NCBI RefSeq assembly: GCF_004010195.1 | Contig: NC_057719.1 | Coordinates: 16,573,532 to 16,637,531 of the forward strand | Source of the DNA: Chiloscyllium plagiosum | Lineage: Eukaryota | Length of the DNA stretch: 64,000 nt | Reading direction: 5' to 3' | Shown: positions 25,387-37,108 of the stretch, one piece after another | Layout of the letters: each line of letters begins with the position of its first letter | Position numbering within the stretch: the first letter of the stretch is position 1 | The notes under the pieces: model-generated | The model's database searches: none | What the model was told of the DNA's origin: nothing | Seen by the model: only the letters and a program-made list of their open reading frames with translations | Made by a program: the position numbers and the translations under genes

Positions 25387-25884
25387 GCAGATTGTGTTTG
25401 TAGTGCTGGCTCTGAGGCTAGTTTACAATGAGGACCTGTCATATACATGTTTATGTAACATGGTAATCCTGGCTGCTGTTGGCAGATGTTTTGGGATGTC
25501 ATTGCAGTCTAGGATTTGAGGGGGCTGTGGTGGGTGGAAAATTGCTGCGGACCACTGTTAGTCCAAGTTGTGTGCTGTGATGTGACTTCCTGCATTCTAA
25601 CCATGATGTTAAAACTTCCCTGTTGCCTATTCTAGTTTAAGTGTTGGTGTGCACTTTCTAATTTGTAAGCGCAGCTGTTACAGTAACTACTTAAGATCTT
25701 TTATGAGGTTGGGAAGGGTGGCCAATGTGGTTAGGAGCAAGGGCACGCTGGTGGAAGGTAGTGTAGGGGGATGGAGGATAAGGCAGAGACATTTGATGAT
25801 TGGTACTGGGAAATCAATAGACAACATTATACTTGACCAAAATGCTCTTGAGTTTAGTATAGATCCACAATCCCTTTCTTTTTA

Positions 25885-26250
25885 TATTCTTTAAGTGATC
25901 TTGGGCATCAAAGGATGAATCAGCATTTATTGCCTATCCCTAATTGCCTAGGATAAGGCAGTGGTGTGCTGGTTTCTTGTAGTCCATGAAATGTAGAGAC
26001 ACTGACAGTGCTGTTAGGAAGGGCCTTCCAAGATTTTGACCCAGCAATGGTGAGGAACAGTAATCTATTTCTAAGTCTGGGTGCATTGTGGCTCAGAGAA
26101 GTTGCAGCTGGCAGTGTTCCCATACTCCTGCTGTCCTTGCCCTTCTATGTGGTGCAGGTCATGAGCTTCAGAGTTGCTGCTGGCAGAGCCTTGGTGAGTT
26201 ATTGTAGTGCACCTTATAGTTGGGACACACCGGTGGCTTTGTGCATTTGG
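25885..26250 (-). mobile_element. LINE 3' fragment (GGCAATAAATGCTG-type tail)
   Basis: CAGCATTTATTGCCTATCCCTAATTGCC. The minus ORF has AGSKSWKALPNSTV, typical of an ORF2 C-terminus. Confidence 0.7.
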
Positions 26251-26926
26251 TATTTGGAGTTTTGAAGCCCTTCACTAAAACATACCTTAAACTTCCTAGG
26301 CTGTGAAAGGCTGGTTAGAGAGAGAATTGCCATGGTAGAGTTGGCAGTGGTGGCATATCTTCTTATACCTAAAATTCTCCTCCCAACCTGGCTAATATCT
26401 TTTGAATTCTTACTGTATACCTTCCATTGCTTGTATGCTCTTCATGCTCCCCTCTTGAACTAATCTCTACTGAGCATTACCATATAGGATTACATAAAGG
26501 CCGACTGTGAATACACATTAATTTAGCTGATCAAGGTGAGAGGAGCAGGGACATGCAAAGACTGCTGACTCTAGATAGCAGAAGCAGGAATTTCACACAA
26601 GACAATTATTTAAAACTTTCCCACTTTGAGGCAGGAGAGGCAGATGATAAACTCTGCGCATAAAGACGACTAAAACTGCTTCTGAAAATGCCACTTGTAT
26701 TTATCTCTGTGAGTGAACTCATAAACAGGTTGACAACTAAATGGGAGGAATAGTGTTACATTGAGGGATCATGTATCAATATGTAACCTGAGAAAAGGGA
26801 ACACTGACGTATACTCTGTTGGGCATAATTAAAAGAACCGCAAAGTTTATGACTGAATGGACAGCCTACATGTGGTATATCAGCCAATTATGGGGAATCT
26901 CTGTTATAATGCCACAGATTAAATCA

Positions 26927-27140
26927 TGATGTGAAGGTGCCGGTATTGGACTGGGTGGACAAAGTTAAAAATCACACAACACCAAGTTATAGTCCAACAG
27001 GTTTATTTGGGAATACTAGCTCTTTTCCTATAAATTCTGTGTCTATGATCCTGCCCCACTGATGAAGGAGCAGTGCTCCGATAGCTAGTGCTTCCAAATA
27101 AACCTGTTGGACTATAACCTGGTGTTGTGTTATTTTTAAC
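26927..27140. mobile_element. Fold-back PLE family B mini-insertion
   Basis: Tail-bearing left arm. The right arm has a hammerhead with GAAA mutated to GATA (27059-27090). Imperfect TSD CAGATTAAATCA / CAAATCAAATCA. Confidence 0.85.
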
Positions 27141-27995
27141 AAATCAAATCAGCTGAGCATTGTGGCCCATCCAGGTGCAGCCATAAAGTTTGTTTAGGAC
27201 AAACAGAGGAAAACTCTTGGGCATTATGTTGATGAATGCTGCACTCCATTCACCAAGGTAAAGAGAATGGATTAAGACCAGAGCAGAAGGTGAGGCTCAA
27301 TCCTTGTGGGTGTAATTTACACAGTGGGAGTCTGTCACTGCCACACCTCAATAGTGCTGGTCCCAGTGTCTACCTAACATTAGTGGACTTGGGCCAAGAT
27401 GTCATTGGTGAGGAAGGAGTTACACAACCCAGTGAACAGTTCCAAAGGTGAAACAAGGATTGAGATCTTACACTTATTTATTACAGTGGATTGTGGCAGC
27501 AATCTTATCAGCTGAAAGAGACAACATTTCAGTGGTGTGTCGCCAGGTCAACATTTTATAGCACCTTATATATTTGGAATATTCTTATCCGGCTTTGGTA
27601 TCTGACATGTAATACAGCATTTTCTACTGAACACAGTGTGTCTGATGTTAAACCAACAGACAAACAACAACACATTCCAGCACGTTACCTTTCAAGCCAT
27701 GTACCATCCTGATTTGGATCTATATCATGGAGGAGGTGGCTTGCCACCACCATCACCACCTCAAGGGGAATCAAGGAAGGGCAAGAAATGTTGGCCTCGT
27801 CAGCATTGTCCACACCCCGTGAAAGAATAAAAGTGTGCCAGTCACATTGGAAATACGTAATCAACATATTGCAGTGGAGTGAGTTTTTGTATTGACTTTC
27901 TGTTCTGTAAGGAACACGATGGTGCTGATTTTGATCTGTGTTGTTGAGGTGCTCAGTAGTTAACTCTTTTCAGAATAAATGCCTCTTGTCGCAGT

Positions 27996-28330
27996 GTGGC
28001 ATGGTGGTTCAGTACTTAGTGCTGCTGCCTCACAACACCAGGGACCTGGGTTCGATTCCAGTCTTGAGTGACTGTGTGGAGCTTGGCTGTTCTTCCTGTG
28101 TGGGTTTCCGCTAGATGCTCCAGCTTTTTCTCCCAGAGTCCAAAGATGTACGGGTTAAGTCAATTGGCCATGTTAAAATGTTCAGGGATGTGCAGACTCG
28201 GTGGATTAGCCATGGGAACTGCAGGGTTAAAGGGATAGAGTGAGGGGGATGCGTCTGGGTCGGATGCTCTTTGGAGAGTCAGTGTGGACTCAATGGGCTG
28301 AATGGTCTCTTTCTGCACTGTGAGGATTCG
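27996..28330 (+). mobile_element. HE1-related V-SINE (older subfamily)
   Basis: HE1 head and core plus the GGATTAGCCATGGGAACTGCAGGGTT variant segment also seen at 59902-60236. Confidence 0.85.
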
Positions 28331-29257
28331 AAAAACATAGATAATGGTCACATGGGTCTCTGTAACCTATTCGCCTTGGACAATGAATGGACAGTGTGGA
28401 CAGTGTCATTCAGGAGGCGGTTTGGGAGATGTGAATGGCAGGGGAAAAGCTGGCTAGGAGAAAAAAAAAACAATGGTGTAAATTTCTATTTACCATTGAC
28501 AGTAATCTGGTCAAACTTTATAAAACCTGTCCTGTTTTCATTCCATTCAAAAATTCAGTGAATTTGAAAATTCCTATTACAGCATAACTCAAATGTCTCT
28601 GAGATAAACAAAACGAGTAGAAACTGGGACTGATTTCCACTTGGCCAAGCAATTAATTTTTCTTTCTCAGATGCTAATCACTCTGCTGTACTTTTACACT
28701 TCTTATTTTGACATCAAAATAGGAAAGTCAGAGTTGCTGTGGCAGTTGTGTTTCATTTTGCCACTGTATTCTCGGAAGAGCTGATAAGTAGTTGAGGTAT
28801 TGTGGGGCAGATTCTCTGGAATTTTACCAGGAATGGGCCTTTCACTTCGGAAGGAAATCTTAGACATTCAGCATGTGTTTACATAATGGTTGAACAGATG
28901 AATTAATCACCAATCAAGACCTTTGAAGTTATTAAGGGTTAAGATCGGAATTTATTCTAACCCAACATCAGGATAGTGACGAGAGGGTTCAAGTTCAGAG
29001 TCACAAAAAAACTTGAAAGGGTGATTTGGAAACATTTACACAGAGGATAATTAGAGTATGGATCTCTCTTCATTCAGCTTTAACAACAGTTTAAGGCATC
29101 AATTTTCCATTAAAAGGGAATTTGATAGTTGCTTGGTAACAGGGAATGTTAAACAGTACAAGCATGAGGATGGAATTGGACCTGAGTGATGCAGACTTCC
29201 TGATTTAAATAGCCTGCTTCTGTGCTATATCATTCTGAATGTTCTTTGAGACCTTTA

Positions 29258-29480
29258 AAAAGAAAGGTTTACATTTAGATGACACCTTTCATGACCCCGA
29301 GTGTTCTGCAAATGCTTTTCCAGCCAATGAAATAATTCTGAAATGGATTCACTGTTGGCATGTAAGACATGTAGCAGACAATGTGTGCACATAGCAGACT
29401 CCCACAAACAACAATGTGATAATGAGCAGATAATCTGTTTTTATGATGTTTGTTGAGGGATAAATATTGGGCAGAACACC
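29258..29480 (-). mobile_element. DeuSINE 3' half
   Basis: CTCCCACAAACAACAATGTGATAATGAGCAGATAATCTG...GTTGAGGGATAAATATTGG. Confidence 0.75.
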
Positions 29481-30582
29481 ACCTGGAGACCCATAATGTA
29501 GGGTCAGAATAGTGTCCCAGTATAATGTGTGGTTGTTTTGCTTTGATAGATTTATTTATGTTATATTCTTCATTGTAAAAACCAAATTATATCTTTCATT
29601 GTCTGTGTGTACGTTCTGTGTTGCCATGGAGATGCTGAGACCTTTGTCATGTATTTCCCTGAATTAATTGATGCATGCCTTTCGATCATTCGTATTGCGG
29701 CATTTGTTCACTCTTCCACATGTGGGCCGATTAAATTAATTGGAAATTCTTAGAATTGTGGAATCAGACTGTACAGAAGAGGTTTGTTGGTCCATTGAGT
29801 CTGTCCTGTCAAAAATATACTACTAACTATTCTGGCAGAAGCCAAGCCCCTACCCCAGCAAAATAGTGTGATCTGGGCTGTGATTTATTGCTCATCCCTA
29901 GCTGTTCAACAGTAGGTGATGCAGAGCTGGCTGATTGAATGGCTGCAGTCCATGGTGTATAGGCGCATCCACTTCAAGAAGCATTGCTCGCACCCCCCAG
30001 CCACACCAAAACATTGCTGTTGCCCTCGGAGGTCTGCGCACAGGCAGAAGTTCAAGGGAACAGTGCTCACAAAGCTGTTAGGGAAGGAGTTCCAGGATTT
30101 TGATCCAGCAATTGTGAAAGAAGATAAATATATTTCCAAGCCAGGATGGCGAGTGGCCTGGAAAGGAACTTGCAGATGGTGGGCAGACTTTGAGAAGTCA
30201 GGAACTGAGTTAATTGTTTCTGACTTGCTCTTGTAGCATTTATATTTACATGCAGAGTCCAGTTCAGTTTCTGGTCAATGGTAACCCATGTCTTTGGTTG
30301 TAGAGGATTCAGCAATGGTAATCCCATTTAATGTTGAGTGGCAATGGTTTGGTTCGTTCTTGTTGGATATGGACATTGCCTGGCATTTATGTGTCATGAA
30401 TGTCACTTGCCACTGATCAGCTCCAGCCTGAATGTTTATTGTCTACATCTTGCTGCATTTGAACATGGAATACTTCAGTACCTGAGGAATCGTGAATGGT
30501 GCTGAACATTGTGCAATCATTGGTGAAGATCCCCACTTCTGACCTGATGATGGAGGGCAGGTCATTGATGAAGCAATGGAGG

Positions 30583-30752
30583 TTGGCTGTATGGCTGGTT
30601 TATTACACAGAATGACACAACGAACATGGGTTCAATTCCTACAGCAGTTGAGGTTACCAGGAGGATTCTCCTTCTCAACCTCTCCCATCACTTGAGGTAT
30701 GATGAGCCTAAGGTTAAACGACCACCAGTAGGACTATGGCAACTTTACCTTT
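30583..30752 (+). mobile_element. tRNA-derived SINE (distinct family)
   Basis: TGGGTTCAATTCC B-box, TCTCCTTCTCAACCTCTCCC body, GACTATGGCAACTTTACCTTTA tail. Host LINE sequence resumes after it. Confidence 0.6.
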
Positions 30753-30807
30753 AGCTATTGAAGCAGGTGAAAATAGTAGAGCCAAGGACTACTACCCAGA
30801 GGATCTC

Positions 30808-30922
30808 AGGTTCTTGTGGCACAATGGTATTGTTGCTACATCTTGATTAGAAGACCTAGCTTAAAGTACCACCCACTCCAGAGGTGTGTAATAACAGTTG
30901 TGAAGAGGTTAATTAGAAAAAA
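30808..30922 (+). mobile_element. Short tRNA-derived SINE
   Basis: GGTTCTTGTGGCACAATGGTATTG...CCAGAGGTGTGTAATAACA...GGTTAATTAGAAAA, homologous to 19327-19441. Confidence 0.6.
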
Positions 30923-32408
30923 AACATACAGAAGAACTCCTGCAGAGATGTCCTAGGGCTGATATGATTGATGTCTGATGACCACAGCCATCTTCCTTTT
31001 GTACTTAGTATGACTGTGACCCATGGAGGGTTCCTCCCCCAACAACCGGATTCCCATTGACTCCATTTTTGATGGGACTCTTTGAAGCCATACTCCATTA
31101 AATGTAGCCTTAGTGTCAAGGACAGTCACTATTCACTTATTTTTGGAATTCAGCTATTTATCCAAGTTTGAACAATGAGCGGTTGAGTAGACCTGATGAA
31201 ACCCAAACCCAAATTGTATCATCACAGTGGGATTCAAACCTGACTCTAAAGAATTTTGCTGGGTTCTCTGGATTAATGGGCTAGCAATGATACCACTAGG
31301 CCATTGCCTCCCTTTCAGCTTTTGAATTAGAGACCTTAAAGGGCTAAGGGGGAAAGGGTGGGGACGTAAAAGTAAATGATGTATTCTTGTATTGAAATGA
31401 ATGGACCAAATGATCTGCTATACCATTACCAAGCTATGGGTGTGGGTTCCGTTTACCCACACAATGCACCCCTTCCTTTTAACGCTGTTGGCATCAATCA
31501 CCTCCACAGAAAGCCCACCTCACCTCACATTACTGTTTTTGCCCCCACTGCATCCTATCTTCACTCTGCCCCTGTCGGCTGCCAACTCCATCCATTAATT
31601 CCCTCTTGCTGATATTCATACTGACCTACACCAGCTCGGCATCATTCAGTGCGTCAAATTCAAAATCCTTTTTTTACATCTCTTTTTTTTTTCATGACCT
31701 TGCCCAGCAACCCTGAAACCTTACAACACCCCATTCCTCTGGCTGACACCTCACTTCACTTGGGCACAGGGAACAAGGGGTTCTAGACCTTGCTTTTTTA
31801 AAATTGTCGATTCAGTTGAGGTTCCCTCTAATTAGCCACATGTCGGTCTTCCTTCCCTTTTTCTGGAACAAAGTCCAAAAGGGGGACATGCGCATGTACA
31901 GTTTTTTGAATGCTATTCAAAATTTGTGCATGCACTTGACAGTGCTATTTCCAAGGTGCAATCTATAAATGTTCTCCTGGAATTTATAGCAATCTTGTCA
32001 GTTTCCATTGACACGCCTCTCCCTCTCTCCAACCCCCTGTGAGCATACAGCTGTCTGGTTGATCCCTCCAAATATACATCCCATCTTACGTGTCGGGAGA
32101 GGAGTTACTCCTCTTTCAGAAACTCTTCCATTTTCAGTACACACACATTCAGCATAAATCACATCGTTGATACTTTTTTACACGAATATATTCAGGCTTC
32201 ATTCTGTTGCTATAATAAGCTAATTATACAGGCTCCAGGTCTCTGGAGAGAAGGCAATAAATGGTTTGTAAATCATAAATACGTGCTCACAGTATTTTAC
32301 AAAATGTATTTTCATTTCTCTCACTTCTTCTCTGTTTGAGATGTGGTTTATATTGTGTGCTGTATATCCAGACATTATAAATGTGCCTTTCTTTAAAAGG
32401 GTATCTTC

Positions 32409-32680
32409 GGGTGGCATGGTGGCTCAGTGGCTAGCACTGCTGCCTCACAGCGCCAGGGACCTGGGTTTGATTCCAGCCTCGGGTGACTGTCTGTGTGGAG
32501 TTTGCACATTCTCCCCGTGTCTGTGTGGGTTTCCTCCCACAGTCCAGAGGTATGTAGGTCAAATGAATTGGCCATGCTAAATTGCCCACAGTGTTAGGTT
32601 CATTAGTCAGGGGGAAATGGGTCACTGTTGATTTGCTGGGCTGAAGAGCCTGTTTCTACACTGTCGGGAATCTAATCTAA
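32409..32680 (+). mobile_element. HE1-type V-SINE
   Basis: Head, core and AATCTAATCTAA tail, with small internal deletions. Confidence 0.9.
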
Positions 32681-33702
32681 TGTTTATTATGAAATTTGTG
32701 TCCAACTTGCATGGAAAGATTTGCCTTTCCAACTTCACTTTGTTTTCCTCTAATGTGAAATGTTTTCTTTTATCCCTCACTCTGATTTGAGGTGTGTGGG
32801 CGCAACGAAGAAGATGAAATGAGTATTTTGGCTTTAAATGTATTTAGGATATTCTGAGGTTGCAAAAGGCACAATATAAACGCAAGTCATTTCTTCTGCC
32901 AAGACTTAATTGATTGAGAGTGCTTATCAAGGGTGGTGTTCAGCATGTACATGGTGTGCAAAGTCCAGAAGACAATAAATTCTGGCTAATCTGACTTTTG
33001 ATGCAAAGGACAGACCAAGCATTCAGGGTTACGTTGCCTAGATTGCCTTGTTTAGCATCCTTGAGTTTATTCCCTACATAGCGTAAATACATAAAAGATT
33101 GCATTCTTTCTGTTGTTGAGGACAGCTAAGCTATTCAGTAAATGTTACACAGCCTGTTGCTTATAGTTACTGCGTTCCAACTGGAAAAGAATGACTTGTG
33201 ATTGTAATTTATTGTTATATCAGCTTGAGCCCTCCTGATGGGGGGACAAGTGATAGTGGATGAGATTGTCCTCTCTTCCCACCTTCAGAATGAACAGTCT
33301 AACACCAGCATACCCAACATTGCTCTGGCTAAGATCTGCATATGTTTTCAATGTTTGTTTAATAAAAACCATGAGGTAACCCCTTCCACCTTACCAGCTT
33401 TGTCTTTAGAAATGCCAAAAGGCCTCCAAGCCACATTGCCTTTGGCTTCCAATCAAAGGGAAACTACCTTAATCTAATCTCCCTTTCTTCTTGTGTTTTT
33501 TTCCCCGGCATGGGTGTGTCGCAGATCCATGCTTTTCCACTGATATGTCTTTGATATGGAACGAGCAGGACCAGAACCAGAAAAGGAGCCCTTGACAAAT
33601 TGGTCCTGCGGAAAGCACAAAGCCAAATGCAAGCAGGCTTTGTAAAAATGCCAGCAAGCCCCCACGGTCTGTCAAACTGACTGAAGAGCATCAGTCACCT
33701 GA

Positions 33703-33928
33703 AGAAACTAAAGCGCTTTTGTGAAGCAACTTCCATGACCTCAAGGCACCTTGAAGTGCTTCACAGTTGAGAGAGTCAGTTTTGATGTAGAATGGTGCAA
33801 TGTAGGATACACAGCAGCCAGTTGGTGTACAGCAAGATCCCACAACAGTAATGAAGTAATGACCAGCTAATCTGTTTTGATGGTGCTTGTTGAGGGATGA
33901 ATATTTTAGCGAGACTTCTGGAGAGAAG
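33703..33928 (-). mobile_element. DeuSINE 3' half
   Basis: ACAGCAAGATCCCACAACAG...ATGACCAGCTAATCTGTTTT...GTTGAGGGATGAATATT. Confidence 0.7.
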
Positions 33929-33931
33929 TTG

Positions 33932-34252
33932 TTTTTATTCATTTATGGGATGTAGGCATCACTGGTTAGGCCAGCATTTTATTGCCCATCCCTAATTGCC
34001 CAGAGGGCAGATAAATGTCAACAACCTTGCTGTGGGTCTGGAATCACATATAGACCAGACCATGTAAGGATGACAGTTTCCTTCCCTAAAGAACATTAAT
34101 GAACCAGATGGATTTTTCTGACCATTGGCAATGATCACCACCAGACTCTTCATCCCAGACTTCTATTGAATTCAGGTTCCACTATCTGCTGTGGCAGGAT
34201 TTGAACCTGGGTCTCTGGATTAATAGCAATAATATCACTAGGCCAATGCCTT
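33932..34252 (-). mobile_element. tRNA-derived SINE sharing the GGGCAATTAGGGATGGGCAATAAATGCTGG tail
   Basis: Reverse complement has a TGGCCTAGTGATATT A-box-like and GGTTCAAATCC B-box head. Relatives at 34410-34690, 36310-36440, 42665-42930 and 46590-46925. Confidence 0.75.
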
Positions 34253-34409
34253 CCCTGTGACAAAATCTGTGACAAAAACTTGCATTTATAATATACTTTT
34301 CATGATCACAGGACATCTCCAAGGTGTTTTACAGTCAGTGACGTAGTTTTAGAGTGCAGTTAATATTTTAATGTAGAGCAGATGACAAATTCCCACAAAC
34401 AGCACTTTT

Positions 34410-34690
34410 TTTTTTGTTTGGTGGAATGTAGCCATCACTGACAAGGCCAGTGTTTGCTACCCATCCCTAATTACTCTTGAACTGAATGGCTTGTTGGACA
34501 ATGTCAGATGGCAGCTAAGAGTCTACCCATTGCTGTGGTTTTAGAGTCACATATAGACCAGACAGGGTCTGGATATCAGAGTTCCTCATCTAAAAGGCAT
34601 TACTGAGCCAAAGGCAATCAGTGATTGTTTCATGGTCACTGTCACTGAGTTAGCTTTCAGTTCCAGATTTTGATTTAATTAAATGAATGT
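34410..34690 (-). mobile_element. Same SINE family as 33932-34252
   Basis: CCCATCCCTAATT...CATTGCTGTGG...GAGTCACATATAGACCAGAC. Confidence 0.7.
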
Positions 34691-34721
34691 ATAGCCATTT
34701 GCTAGCACTGAACTTGAGCAT

Positions 34722-35300
34722 TGTTGACAAAAGACACGTTGTGTTGAAGTTTATCGTCTCACATTTATCAGGTCAGTTACCAAGAATGCCAATGTCAAAT
34801 GAAAACAATGTTTACACTGTATGAGTAAGGAGGGTGTCGATTGGCAAGTGGACTGTGATTGGCAGAGACGTTACCATGGAGAATGCACCAGTTAACTGAT
34901 TGACTGATAGTTAACTGCCAAGTTCTGTACAAATTTTAAACCAGGCAGGTTGATTTTGTTTGGTCAAGATATTATCCTGAGAATTGAGTCAGCGAATGAC
35001 TGTCACCTATACTCCTGAGTAGAAATAGAACCAGTGTGTGTACTGTTCAGTCTGCAAAGAATAGGGCTCTCTGTATTAAGTTTTGTAGCTTCCAGTGTGC
35101 CCAAATGTTCAAATCCATCCTAAATAAATTGCATGCATAATTTTTTGCACACTCAGGATTAATGCAACAAACATTGTCCAATCACAGAATTCCATCTATT
35201 GTTGAATGTTTGTGAGTTTTTGAAAGAGTGGTCTGGTTGGGTACAGTCAGTATCCTTGCTTGTTGCAAACAGCTGAAGGGATTTGTTGTTTCACCTAGCA
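34722..35300 (-). mobile_element. Degenerate PLE 3' region (family E)
   Basis: The minus strand gives a decayed GIY-YIG C-terminus (SVIGQCLL..NPECAKNY...LEATK..T.SPILCR). The terminus has a decayed hammerhead-like gac-CTGATAAA-TGTGAGAC-GATAAACTTC-aac. Confidence 0.55.
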
Positions 35301-36818
35301 ACTGGCTGTTCTTACCCTGTATAAGGAATTAAAATATTTCTCTCCATTTGCCTATCAGTGACAAATGCGTGAAAGTGCATAAGATTTGACAGGAATTAGT
35401 TGAGAGTTTTAAAATTTCTTTGTAAGTCAACATTAAATCCAATTACATTAGATACATTGAGTATATGGAAACTTTTCATTCTGCCATTTATTAAATGTGA
35501 AGCTTTCCTGTTGTTCACCTGGGAGTGGGTGGTACAGATCAATAAGGACTGGCATGTGCTTCCTGGCTAGTGTTAGCTTAGCTGCTACTCAATCAGTTGA
35601 TGTTAGGGGAGCAACACACTTGGCTTCCAACAAGAATGGGGTGGGAGACATCAGATAACAGTGGATCTTTACTGATTACCCTTCCCCACTATGTTGAAAC
35701 AGTTCAATCATGTATCTGAAGGCCAATTACTTGGGGTTGGGTATGTGCAAAGCTGAACCAGTCTTCTGGAGAGCAGATGGCAGCTAAAAGAAATCACTGT
35801 AAAACGTTAGACAGAAGGAATAGTGTTTTAAAGAGATGCGATATTACAATGCAGAGTGTCAGAAAACCTCAGTTATGTTAAATCCACCCACTGCTGTTGT
35901 GCCGGCTTCTGATGACAAAACATCGACCACGGAGGAGCATCAGTAATGTAGCCTTCTTTTCTCACGAGTATCAAAAATTAAAAATTAAAATTCAAATCTC
36001 CTCATCAATCTAGCAAACTGTCATAACGCACTGTCTTTCTTGAGTTTTCACATATTAGAAGAAGTCATATACATGCAAACAAAAATCTGGCTCAGTCTTA
36101 TTGCTTCTTGACATTTTTGTACTGAGTATGATCACACACCACAATGCCTCTTCACCTTGACTTCTCGATTTAAAAATAAACTTGAATCTGTTGATAGGAA
36201 ATAACTGTTGCAGAGTGTCTGTCTGCTCCTTGTTCCTTGCATTGTTGTATTGATTTTTTTTTAATACACTTTGTGGAAGCTTGAATGAAAAGCTAGCTAC
36301 ATTTAAATTAGTTATCAGGATGTGAATGTTGCTGGTAAGACTATCTTTCATTCTCCACCCACGTTTGTTACAGCTGAGTGACTTGCTCGGCCACTTCAGA
36401 GGGAAGTTTAGTCAATCACATTGGTATGCGATGTGAGTCACAAACTGCCCATGTTTTGTGTCTGTCAAGCTGAGGGATGTTCAGGCAGGGGACTCCACGG
36501 GTCCCAAGCACTCTATTATAACACAAGTGACCTCTGTCCTGCCCTGACTAAAAGGTTCTCTGTACCTTTCTCCCGTACCCTGGGCCATTTTGGTTTGCTC
36601 ATATTTTAATATATTTAATGTCAAATTGGAGTCAGTTTGTACTCTTGCCAGAGGTTAAAAGTCATCTAATAGCCCTGCATTGCACCATCCTTTACCTTAC
36701 TCTTTTTGCATAATTTTACGTGAGTCTGTTATGCTTTGAGAAGGAAACACAGCCACGGAGTAATGATATGATAGTTAACTTTGGCAATGGAATTCTCTGA
36801 GGGGGAGATAGATTTTTT

Positions 36819-37108
36819 TTAGATTAGATTCCTGACAGTATGGAAACAGGTCCACACCGACACTCTGAAGAGTAACCCACCCAGACCCATTCCCCTACCT
36901 TATATTTACCCCTGACTAACACTATGGGCAATTTAGGAGGGCCAATTCACCCAACCTGCACACCTTTGGATTGTGGGAGGAAACCAGAGCAAACCCACGC
37001 AGACACGGGGAGAATGTACAAACTCCACACAGACAGTTACCTGAAGTGGGACTCAAACCCAGGTCCCGAGCGCTGTGAGGCAGCAGTGCTAACCACTGTG
37101 CCACCCCC
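36819..37108 (-). mobile_element. HE1-type V-SINE
   Basis: Same head, core and tail as the other copies. Confidence 0.9.

Larger units (their letters stand above)
29870..31200 (-). mobile_element. Fragmented LINE (GGCAATAAATG-type tail) hosting two SINE insertions
   Basis: AGSKSWNSFPNS and GVTIDQKLNWTLHVN-like peptides on the minus strand. Interrupted at about 30583-30752 and 30808-30922. Confidence 0.7.
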
